Assembly: GCA_964490935.1 (NCBI GenBank)
Contig: CAZBEO010000002.1
Coordinates: forward strand, 12,804 to 76,803
DNA: 64,000 nucleotides
Origin: an uncultured Verrucomicrobiota bacterium
Lineage (GTDB): Bacteria > Verrucomicrobiota > Kiritimatiellia > RZYC01
Direction: 5' to 3'
The translations under genes were made by a program, and so were the position numbers. Below are positions 10,002-17,980 of the stretch, piece by piece. Below the pieces are notes generated by a model. The model searched no databases and was not told where the DNA came from. It saw only the letters and a list, made by a program, of their open reading frames with translations. Within the stretch, counting starts at the first letter, position 1; each line of letters opens with the position of its first letter.

Positions 10002-10067
10002 ACGCCTTTCCTGTCCTAGCCGGTCCCGATCAACACACGGTGCTTCCACCCTTGAGCAGCAACCCGC

Positions 10068-11027
10068 CTACCCGCGTTTGATCTTCAATTCAGGGTGTTC
10101 ATTGGCCACAAAACTATTCGGAGGAACCGACTCCATCAAAAAGACGTTTCCGCCGATCGTACTGCCGTGCCCGATCACCGTCTCGCCGCCCAGAATCGTG
10201 GCATTTGCATAAATCACCACCTCATCCTCCACCGTCGGATGCCGCTGAATATGCTTGATCGGATTTCCGTTTTCATCCAGCGGGAAACTGCGCGCACCCA
10301 GCGTCACCCCTTGATACACCTTCACACGATTGCCTATATGACACGTCTCACCGATCACCACGCCCGTCGCATGGTCCATGAAAAAACCATGCCCGATCCG
10401 CGCGCCCGGATGAATGTCCACGCCCGTTTGCGAATGCGTCCACTCGCTCATGATGCGCGGTATGATCGGCACATCCAGCAGATACAGCTCATGCGCCAGC
10501 CGATGCGAACACATCGCCAACACCCCCGGATACGCCAACTGCACCTCCGCATACGTCAGCGCCGCAGGATCCCCCTCATATGCCGCACGCACATCCTCCA
10601 GCAGCAACCGGCGCACCTCCGGCATACGACGCAAATACACCTGAATGATCCGACTCGCCTCCGCCTTGTCCGTCGCCTCCGCCGGTGCACTCGCTCCGCT
10701 TCCCGCCGCCGCGCCCATTCTCCGAAAACGAAGCGCCTTCGCAATTTCAGGACGCAACAAACGCCACGCATGACTCAACCGGCGCATCAGATAAATCCCC
10801 AGCTCATCCGCTTCAATCCCGCCGCCCGGCGACATCCTTCCGGGGAAAAGCCCATCAATCAGGATGGTCAGCGCCTCGATCACCTGCACCGGATTCGGGC
10901 AACCGCCCAGCACGCTGTCCGGTCGGTCCGCCTCGTCCGTACAATACAACGGCAGCAATTCAGCCACCGTATCGCACAGCGCCCGTTCCTGTTCACCGCC
11001 CGTACATTCCGAAGCACAACGATTCAT
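10068..11027 (-). CDS. cysE: Serine O-acetyltransferase (CysE/EpsC type)
   Basis: DVRAAYEGDPAA, YPG, HRLAHELY, GVDIHPGARIG, DHATGVVIGET, QGVTLGA, RHPTVED. The ORF is open to 11057. Confidence 0.88.
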   Translation of the reverse strand: MNRCASECTGGEQERALCDTVAELLPLYCTDEADRPDSVLGGCPNPVQVIEALTILIDGLFPGRMSPGGGIEADELGIYLMRRLSHAWRLLRPEIAKALRFRRMGAAAGSGASAPAEATDKAEASRIIQVYLRRMPEVRRLLLEDVRAAYEGDPAALTYAEVQLAYPGVLAMCSHRLAHELYLLDVPIIPRIMSEWTHSQTGVDIHPGARIGHGFFMDHATGVVIGETCHIGNRVKVYQGVTLGARSFPLDENGNPIKHIQRHPTVEDEVVIYANATILGGETVIGHGSTIGGNVFLMESVPPNSFVANEHPELKIKRG

Positions 11028-11135
11028 AATCCGCCCGCCTTCTTCATTTATTTTCACAATTCACTCAACAAAACACGGCTGATTTGATACACACAACCCC
11101 CTGAAAAACCAAGCACAACATAAGGACATTCTCCC

Positions 11136-11924
11136 ATGAAAAAAATACTGATCGTTTTCGTTGCCCTACTTGCCGTGGCCTTTATCGCCCTCTTTTCCCT
11201 AAAAGACCCCCTCGTCAAATCCGTGGCGGAGTCCTTGGTCTACCGCACCACCGGCTTTCGCCTCACCATCCAATCACTTGAAGTCAGCCCTTTCTCGCAA
11301 AGCCTGACCATCAAAGGAGCGCACCTCCTGAATCCGCCGGGCTTTGAAGAAAAAGAAGCCCTCGAAATAAACGAGCTATCCATCGCCGTCAGCCTCGCGT
11401 CCATTTTCAGCAGCCAACTTCACATCCGCGAGGCCACCGTGGACATTGCCCGCATCACCATCGTTCAAAAACCCGATGGCACCAGCAATCTGGACCTCCT
11501 CACCGACCGGCTTGAAAGCTCCTCATCCAAAGAAAAAGCGCCCCCCGAAAAGCCGACCGACGAGACCCCCAAAACCGAAAAACCCACCCCGCAAACTCCC
11601 AAGACAGAAAAGCCCGCCAAGGCCTTCCTCATTGACCTGCTTACCCTGCGCATGGGCGAGGCCGACTACATCCAATACTCTGCCGACCAGCCCACCCCCA
11701 AAAAACAAACCATCGCCATCGACAAAGAGCGCACCTACAAAAACATCACCAGCATCGAACAGCTCACCAAAGATATTTTTGCCGACGTCGTCCTGGATGA
11801 GGGCGTGCGCGCACTCAACGACTGGGCCAAGGAAAACAGCGACAAACTCGGTGTCAAAAAAGAAGAAATTGACCAAGCCACCCAAGTCATTGGCGGCTTT
11901 CTAAACTCTTTGAAGTCAAAATAA
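11136..11924 (+). CDS. AsmA/DUF748-like membrane-anchored protein with an EKP/TPK-rich linker
   Basis: N-terminal TM/signal segment, beta-rich AsmA-like region, ITIVQKPDGTSNL. Confidence 0.6.
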   Translation: MKKILIVFVALLAVAFIALFSLKDPLVKSVAESLVYRTTGFRLTIQSLEVSPFSQSLTIKGAHLLNPPGFEEKEALEINELSIAVSLASIFSSQLHIREATVDIARITIVQKPDGTSNLDLLTDRLESSSSKEKAPPEKPTDETPKTEKPTPQTPKTEKPAKAFLIDLLTLRMGEADYIQYSADQPTPKKQTIAIDKERTYKNITSIEQLTKDIFADVVLDEGVRALNDWAKENSDKLGVKKEEIDQATQVIGGFLNSLKSK

Positions 11925-11980
11925 GAATAGGACTCGACACCTCCGAAAAATTCTGTACCTTGTGGCTCTTTATTGGTCGA

Positions 11981-12057
11981 CGGGGCGTAGCGCAGCCTGG
12001 TAGCGCGTTTGAATGGGGTTCAAAAGGTCGCGAGTTCGATTCTCGCCGCCCCGACCA
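11981..12057 (+). tRNA. tRNA-Pro (GGG), 77 nt, CCA encoded
   Basis: Acceptor CGGGGCG/CGCCCCG, D arm GCGC-AGCCTGGTA-GCGC, anticodon arm TTTGA-ATGGGGT-TCAAA, T arm GCGAG-TTCGATT-CTCGC, 3' ACCA. Confidence 0.97.
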
Positions 12058-12244
12058 ATTTGTTGTAGCGCGTCCCGACGAATGTCGGGAAGGTCGCGAG
12101 TTCGATTCTCGCCGCCCCGACCAATTTGTTGTAGCGCGTCCCGACGCATGTCGGGAAGGTCGCGAGTTCGATTCTCGCCGCCCCGACCAATTTGTTGTAG
12201 TGCGTCCCGACGCAGGTCGGGAAGGTCGCAAACCGCCCCGACCA
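12024..12244 (+). repeat. Tandem 66-bp array: 34-nt tRNA-Pro 3' end plus 32-nt hairpin linker; three units and a final T-arm-deleted tRNA end
   Basis: AAGGTCGCGAGTTCGATTCTCGCCGCCCCGACCA at 12024, 12090 and 12156, with a deleted copy at 12222-12244. Linkers ATTTGTTGTAGYGCGTCCCGACGMAKGTCGGG at 12058, 12124 and 12190. Confidence 0.95.
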
Positions 12245-12295
12245 ATTTAACTGAAAAGTGATATGTCTTACATAGGCCAACTTGATTGAAAAACG

Positions 12296-12562
12296 ATGTA
12301 CTTCGTTTACATTCTTCAAAGTCAGACAACCGGTCGTTTTTATATAGGGCAATGCGACCACCTGATTGAGCGTTTTCATGAACATCAGCGTGGCTATAAC
12401 AAGTCAACCAAACATCGCGGCCCCTGGTGGATGCCCTACTACGAAACCTATGCGACCCGCAGCGAAGCAGTGACGCGTGAAGTCGAAATCAAGCGCAAGA
12501 AAAGCGCCCGAAGCATTCGCGCCATTATCCAGCAGACCTATCCGCAAATCAATTTGTTATAG
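12296..12562 (+). CDS. Stand-alone GIY-YIG nuclease family protein
   Basis: YFVYIL...FYIG, RFHEH, EAVTREVEIK; 88 aa. Confidence 0.92.
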   Translation: MYFVYILQSQTTGRFYIGQCDHLIERFHEHQRGYNKSTKHRGPWWMPYYETYATRSEAVTREVEIKRKKSARSIRAIIQQTYPQINLL

Positions 12563-12571
12563 CGCTCCGAC
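12550..12571 (+). repeat. Degenerate copy of the array linker overlapping the GIY-YIG stop codon
   Basis: CAATTTGTTATAGCGCTCCGAC versus the array CAATTTGTTGTAGCGCGTCCCGAC (1 substitution, 2 single-nt gaps). Confidence 0.7.
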
Positions 12572-12616
12572 TCCATTCCAACGCTCGCCCTCCAAAAGTC
12601 AGTTCTCTGGATGCGG

Positions 12617-13483
12617 TTATGGCGCTTTAGGTTTCTTTTGACGCCCCACGGACGGGGAGGTGTTCTCTTTCAGCCAGTTCTGTGCTTCTGGGTGCGCCTG
12701 CCAAGCGGGTTTGAGTATCTCCCAGGCAATCATTGCTTCCTCTTTACTGCCCATGGAGTAGGAGCTGGGCGCGTTCTTTGGCAAGTTGCGATTTCCAAGA
12801 AAATAGGCCTTCGCATAACTGTTCTGTTGTTCCGCAGCAGCAAGCGCATTTTTCGCACCGGCCACATCCTCGGAAAGGAATCGGTCCAGTACATAGGCCC
12901 AGGCAAATATGGCGCCGTGTTTTACATCATCCGTGTGCGTCTCAAACAACTGCCGGGCAGCATCCAGTCGGTTGAGCTTCAGGTAGCAGGCCATCAGGCT
13001 GTAGCGAACGCCCTGATTATCGTTCGGGTTTAACTTCAGGATGGTTTCATATTCAGCCGTCGCCTCTTCAAAACGGCCTGCCTCCACAAGGTTTACTGCC
13101 AAGCACTGGCGCGCGCGCATGTACGGACGGGTTTCCAGGATACCCCAGAACGCACCGCTGTTGTCCCGAATAAATTCTTCTCCAAGGTTCTTTTCACCCA
13201 TTTCTACTAGGTTCCGAAGCATCTTTATATTTTCGTCCTTCTTAATCCGCGCAAACCGCATCAACCCCAACCAGGCGTCCACATTGGTTGGATCGAGTTT
13301 GGTTGCCTGCATCAGCAACTCTACGGCCTCATCCTGCGTTGAGCTTTCCCAGGCGTCGTAGACCAGCTCCTGTGCGGCGCATTCATTTTCACCGCTGTTT
13401 ACGGCACCACCCATCATACGCTCCATGCGCTGAAGCATGGAGCCTGGATCCACGGGAGCTTTTTCTTTTTTAAACTTGGCCAT
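12617..13483 (-). CDS. Tetratricopeptide-repeat protein of unknown function
   Basis: AQELVYDAWE, LDPTNVDAW, FWGILETRPYMRAR, LNPNDNQGVRY; helical TPR pattern. Confidence 0.75.
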   Translation of the reverse strand: MAKFKKEKAPVDPGSMLQRMERMMGGAVNSGENECAAQELVYDAWESSTQDEAVELLMQATKLDPTNVDAWLGLMRFARIKKDENIKMLRNLVEMGEKNLGEEFIRDNSGAFWGILETRPYMRARQCLAVNLVEAGRFEEATAEYETILKLNPNDNQGVRYSLMACYLKLNRLDAARQLFETHTDDVKHGAIFAWAYVLDRFLSEDVAGAKNALAAAEQQNSYAKAYFLGNRNLPKNAPSSYSMGSKEEAMIAWEILKPAWQAHPEAQNWLKENTSPSVGRQKKPKAP

Positions 13484-13718
13484 GATCCAGTCACCTTCTT
13501 TCTGCTTTGATTTACATTGCCCCGGATGTTATGCGCTTTGGCCCTGTTGCTTCAAGTCATGTTTTGGCATGATGGTCAATTCGTTAATTATTATCCCAAA
13601 GGCCCTTCCGCACCCAAAGGCCGCCGAGCCGGCGGCCCTCCAAAAAAACACCTTTAACTGGGTATGGAGGGACCCGACTGTCCGAAAAAGATATTGCCGA
13701 TCGATTCTGTTCAACTCG

Positions 13719-14828
13719 TCAATTTTTATAGACCCGCTTGATACCCGCATTGATGCAGGTGAGAATTTCATAAGGGATGGTTCGACAAAGGGCGGCGAGT
13801 TCGTTGGCCCAGATGGCTTCGTTGCCCTGCTCCCCGATGAAGACCACTTCGTCGCCGCGCTTCACGCCGCTCTTCGGGCCGAGGTCCACAGCCAGCCAGT
13901 TCATACTGACACGACCCACCACCGGACAACGCCGCCCCTGAATCAGGACATGGCCGCGGTTGCTCAAGGCCCGCAGATAGCCATCGGCATAGCCGCAGGC
14001 GATGATGCCGAGGTCGGTCGGACGTGAGGTGACGTAGGTGCAGTAATACCCAACCGGAAAGTTGGCGGGCACGGATTTTACCTGCATGACCACGCCTTTC
14101 CATTGCAGGAAGGGCCGCGTGTTGACGCGCATGTCTTCATCCTGCGCGCCGTAGCCATAGAGCATGATGCCCGGACGAATGCCGTCGAATTGCCACTCGG
14201 GGTGATAGAGTATGGCGCGGCTGCTGGAAAGGTGCTTGAAGAGAATGCGTCCGGTTTTTTTCTCGAAGTCGGAGGCGATGCGTTTGAACTGTTTGGCCTG
14301 AGTGCGTGCCGCATGTGGTTCGCTGTCTTCGACCTTCGCGAAATGGCTGCATAGACCGGTGATGTTCAGTCCGGTTTCTTTTTCAAGCAGGTTGAGTTGC
14401 TCCGGGGCCTTCTTCATGGGCAGGCCGATGCGGCCCATGCCGGTATCGATTTTAACGTGTACGGACAGGCGAATTCCCGCCTCCTGCGCGGCACGCGAAA
14501 GGGCAAGCCCGTGTTCAAGATCGGCCACGACAGGTATGATGTTGTTTTGGGCCATGAGCTGGGCCTGCTCGGGATCGGCCACTCCCAGAACGATAATAGT
14601 GCCTTCGGTCAGCGTTTCCCGGATTTTCATGGCTTCTTCGACATAGGCCACCGCGAACCAGCGCACGCCCGCCCGGAAGGCGCGTTTGGCCACCTCGGGC
14701 GCGCCGTGCCCATAGGCATCGGCCTTGACCACAAAGACCATTTCACTAGCTCCGTTGACAGTCTGTTTAAGACGCTCGATGTTATCCTCCAGAATTGAGA
14801 GATCAATTTCTACCCAGGATTTTTTCAT
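13719..14828 (-). CDS. alr: Alanine racemase
   Basis: VVKADAYGHG PLP-lysine motif, HVKIDTGMGRIG, SHF, RPGIMLYG, GYADG, VGRVSMN, TIPYEI. Confidence 0.97.
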   Translation of the reverse strand: MKKSWVEIDLSILEDNIERLKQTVNGASEMVFVVKADAYGHGAPEVAKRAFRAGVRWFAVAYVEEAMKIRETLTEGTIIVLGVADPEQAQLMAQNNIIPVVADLEHGLALSRAAQEAGIRLSVHVKIDTGMGRIGLPMKKAPEQLNLLEKETGLNITGLCSHFAKVEDSEPHAARTQAKQFKRIASDFEKKTGRILFKHLSSSRAILYHPEWQFDGIRPGIMLYGYGAQDEDMRVNTRPFLQWKGVVMQVKSVPANFPVGYYCTYVTSRPTDLGIIACGYADGYLRALSNRGHVLIQGRRCPVVGRVSMNWLAVDLGPKSGVKRGDEVVFIGEQGNEAIWANELAALCRTIPYEILTCINAGIKRVYKN

Positions 14829-14844
14829 CTATGATTATTTCCTT

Positions 14845-15513
14845 TCATGAGGCCACTGGCGGGTGCATGTAGATGGGTGTGGCCGGTTCGGATTCCAGAC
14901 CCAGGCTCAGCATGGTTTCCACCTGTGCAGCCAACATGGAGGCCTGCGGATATACATCGGCATCCACCCAGGCGCCGACATCCAGCAAAGCAAATGATTC
15001 CGAAGAGCGAATGGAACTCCAGGCAGAGGATACCCGCGGAATATCGACTGGCACCTGCGTATCGAAATCCGCCCAAGGGACGAGTTGCCAATCGGGAGGC
15101 TTGCCCGTTTCTCCGGCTTTCGGGCGATCAAACAACGCGTACCAGAGCATGCCGCGTCGGGCATCGCCCACGACGGCCACGCGGTCGCACGGGCGTTGTT
15201 CAAAAACGGTTTCGGCCACGGCCACGCCGCTGTTTAGAAAAAAGACAGGCTGTCGGGCAGGAAGTGCCAACGCCTGCATCACGGTGATGGCGATGCGCAG
15301 TCCCGAATAATTGCCCGGCCCGCGTCCAGCGCAGAAGCAATCCACGCCCTCCCACGTAAGCCCGGATTCGCGCAGCAGGGCATTAAGTGTGTCAAACAGA
15401 AGCGCCTCGCCTTTGCGCGGCTCGACCCATTGTTTTTGAAGCAGCGTTTTTCCATGACATTGAAGCGCTAGGTCCGCGCGCGGCGTGGACATATCCAAGG
15501 CAAGAATATTCAT
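14845..15513 (-). CDS. tsaB: t6A37 biosynthesis protein TsaB
   Basis: MNILALDMST, GRGPGNYSGLRI, DARRG, PIYMHPP; adjacent to tsaE. Confidence 0.88.
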   Translation of the reverse strand: MNILALDMSTPRADLALQCHGKTLLQKQWVEPRKGEALLFDTLNALLRESGLTWEGVDCFCAGRGPGNYSGLRIAITVMQALALPARQPVFFLNSGVAVAETVFEQRPCDRVAVVGDARRGMLWYALFDRPKAGETGKPPDWQLVPWADFDTQVPVDIPRVSSAWSSIRSSESFALLDVGAWVDADVYPQASMLAAQVETMLSLGLESEPATPIYMHPPVAS

Positions 15514-15950
15514 ATCGGTGTCTCCACTTCGATGAACCGTCCGGTTTCCGTAGCCGCCGGGGTGATGCGTACCTTCCAAGCCGATGACGGCAGGATGTTC
15601 ATGATGCGTTCCGACCATTCGATCACCGTAACACCTTCTCCATAAAGATACTCATCGAGTCCCAAGTCCAGCGCCTCGTCCTCCTGTTGAATCCGATAGA
15701 GATCCATGTGATAGATCGGAAAGATTCCGCGGTACTCGTTAACCAGGGTAAACGTTGGACTGTTCACCACGTCCTGTACCTGCAAGGCCTCGGCCAGCCC
15801 CTGAACAAAGCGCGTTTTACCCGCTCCCAGTTCACCGAAAAGCGCCACCACCGAACCCGGCTTCAATTGTTCCCCGAGCATTCGGGCCAAGCGCATCGTC
15901 TCTTCGCAGCTTTCAGACCTGTACGTGGTTATTTTCATGTCCTTTTTCAT
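15510..15950 (-). CDS. tsaE: t6A37 biosynthesis ATPase TsaE
   Basis: GELGAGKTRF, VNSPTFTLVNEY, HMDLYR, VIEWSER. Confidence 0.96.
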   Translation of the reverse strand: MKKDMKITTYRSESCEETMRLARMLGEQLKPGSVVALFGELGAGKTRFVQGLAEALQVQDVVNSPTFTLVNEYRGIFPIYHMDLYRIQQEDEALDLGLDEYLYGEGVTVIEWSERIMNILPSSAWKVRITPAATETGRFIEVETPI

Positions 15951-16083
15951 CGACCGTTGTTACGGCTCGGAAACGTCCTGCATACCAGCAAAAAAGTTTT
16001 TTGACTGCTTAGCGACTTCCCCCCGTTTTGTCAAAGTATGCCTGACAATATTCTCCAAAATTGAAGAAAAAATGGAGACTATT

Positions 16084-16198
16084 CCAAAGCGGGTTCCCCG
16101 CCGCCCAATTGACGTTGGTTGATTCTGCAATAGTCTGATTCCCGTTTGATCGCCGGGTGCCAACCCGCTTTGTCTAAAATCGCTATCGCGATTTGGAA
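16084..16198 (+). repeat. 115-bp element, copy 1 of an inverted pair
   Basis: About 104/115 identical to the reverse complement of 17832-17946; internal 11-bp inverted repeat CAAAGCGGGTT/AACCCGCTTTG. Confidence 0.92.
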
Positions 16199-16690
16199 AA
16201 GAAAAGGGCGAAAGGGCGTGAAAGCAGTGATTTTTTGGATGAGGCCTTTTAAGGCCCTAAAAGACGACATGAAAAACGTCTTTTAAATAGGAATGATGTC
16301 TTAAGGTAAGGATAGACCCCGCTCTATCAGTGGGTTCCATGGTCTGTTTCGGGCCGAAACAATGCCAGGGCTTTTCGTACCAGGACCGGGTCTAGGCGTT
16401 GGCCATCCGCACCTGCACTCAATAATTCGCGCAGGCAGGTCTTTTCGAGACGGTGCAGAACCGCGGAAGAAGGCGAAGAATACTTCGTATTATTCTGCTC
16501 CCCTTGCGGTTGGTCGTGCGGTTTCATACCCGCTTTACGTGCATAAACCGTGCCGAGTCGCGAAGATTGTTTTTATCAGGATCGAAAACACCATCGGGAT
16601 CGACCACCCAAAGCCATTGACTCCGCACGGGACGCCGGATAGCATACCGATGTTTTGTAGTTGATGTATAGCAGCAGGAAAGAGGAACTC

Positions 16691-17668
16691 ATGATTACCG
16701 CACTATATCCCTTGACCTTTCGTCCGATCTACAAGGATTACCTTTGGGGTGGGAATCGGATCATTGAAAAATATCATCGGGAAATCCCGATGGAATCCTG
16801 CGCGGAGTCCTGGGAGATAACCGACCGGGCTGATGGGGAAAGCGTCGTGGCTCAGGGTCCCCTGGAAGGGCGCACGCTCCATGAACTCATCGAGGAATAC
16901 GGGTCTGCTCTTTTGGGCGAGGCCGCGCCTGCGGGGAACTTCCCGCTGCTGATTAAATTGATCGACGCGAAGGAATCACTCAGCATTCAGGTGCATCCGA
17001 ATAACGATTCCGCACGCGAGGTGGGTGGCGAGGCTAAAACGGAAGCGTGGTACATTCTGGATGCCGATCCGGAAGCCTCCGTATATGCCGGGTTTCGGGA
17101 ACCCGTCACGCCCGAAGTCTTTTCCCAAAGCGTTCGGGAAGGCAAGCTGCCTGATTTACTCCAGCACATCCCGGTGAAAAAGGGCGATGTCATCTTTATT
17201 CCAGGCGGCAGAATTCACGCCATTGCTTGCGGATGCCTTCTCCTAGAAGTGCAGCAGAATTCCAATACAACGTTCCGGGTGTTCGATTGGAATCGGGTGG
17301 GCAAGGATGGCTTGCCGCGCGAGCTGCATCTCGAACAGGCCCTGCGGCACATCCATTGGCAGGATGCCGCTTTGGCACTGCAATCCCCCACCCTGCCTCA
17401 ACAACTCTCGGATACCTGTTTTTGCACCACGCTGTTGCAGACCGATTATTTCAATCTGAACCGTCTTGAATTGACCGGGTCACAACGGCTCCCGGCGGAT
17501 GCGTCACGGTTTCGTGTGTTGTTTGTGGAAAAGGGAACGATGGCGCTGCAACACGAACACACGCTGATACTGCAACCGGGCGACTTCTGTCTGCTCCCGG
17601 CGGCATTGGGTGATTGCGCACTCGCCCCGCTCACTGGCACGGGCACCTGCCTGACCATTACCCCCTGA
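16691..17668 (+). CDS. manA: Type I phosphomannose isomerase (cupin)
   Basis: YLWGG, AESWE, FPLLIKLIDA, LSIQVHP, KTEAWY, GRIHAI, EVQQNSNTTFRVFDW, RELH. Confidence 0.92.
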   Translation: MITALYPLTFRPIYKDYLWGGNRIIEKYHREIPMESCAESWEITDRADGESVVAQGPLEGRTLHELIEEYGSALLGEAAPAGNFPLLIKLIDAKESLSIQVHPNNDSAREVGGEAKTEAWYILDADPEASVYAGFREPVTPEVFSQSVREGKLPDLLQHIPVKKGDVIFIPGGRIHAIACGCLLLEVQQNSNTTFRVFDWNRVGKDGLPRELHLEQALRHIHWQDAALALQSPTLPQQLSDTCFCTTLLQTDYFNLNRLELTGSQRLPADASRFRVLFVEKGTMALQHEHTLILQPGDFCLLPAALGDCALAPLTGTGTCLTITP

Positions 17669-17831
17669 TTAAAAACAGCCAATCGGTACCACCACTGCGG
17701 CTCGCGTGGACCCTCGCGCTCCATGTAAAAAAATAATTTTCCAACGACTGAAGAGAGCAACGAATGGAAGCCGTAAGGAATAAGGCACCTCCAGAAATTC
17801 GCGGGGTTTTTTGCGTATTCGCCGTCTGATC

Positions 17832-17946
17832 TTCCAAATCGAGATAGCGATTTTAAGCAAAGCGGGTTGGTACCCTGCGATCAACCGGGAATCAGGCCAT
17901 TGCAGAATCAACCAACGTCAATTGGGTTGCGGAGAACCCGCTTTGG
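17832..17946 (-). repeat. 115-bp element, copy 2 of the inverted pair
   Basis: Reverse complement of 16084-16198 with about 11 substitutions. Confidence 0.92.
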
Positions 17947-17980
17947 CAGGATGTCGGGCCTAAAGCCCGACAGGCTGCTA
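17947..17980 (+). repeat. Hairpin of the 97-bp REP-like family
   Basis: CAGGATGTCGGGCCTAAAGCCCGACAGGCTGCTA; near match to 34541-34579; contains the GT2 stop codon. Confidence 0.8.

Noticed and set aside
10002-10067. Cobalamin riboswitch before the BtuC-like permease
   Set aside because: Gap is only about 65 nt and no B12-box is visible.
12024-12244. CRISPR array
   Set aside because: Both the repeat and the intervening sequence are nearly identical between units, the repeat is the tRNA 3' end, and no cas gene is present.
11887-12407. ORFs over the tRNA and its array (114, 96, 145, 82 and 121 aa)
   Set aside because: Their repetitive peptides are translations of the tRNA and the 66-bp repeat.
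11981-13483. Integrated prophage/ICE with att sites at tRNA-Pro
   Set aside because: No integrase, and no distant attR copy of the tRNA 3' end elsewhere in the window; the duplications are tandem.
14825-15091. 88-aa ORF between tsaB and alr
   Set aside because: Alternative frame overlapping tsaB, with no motif.
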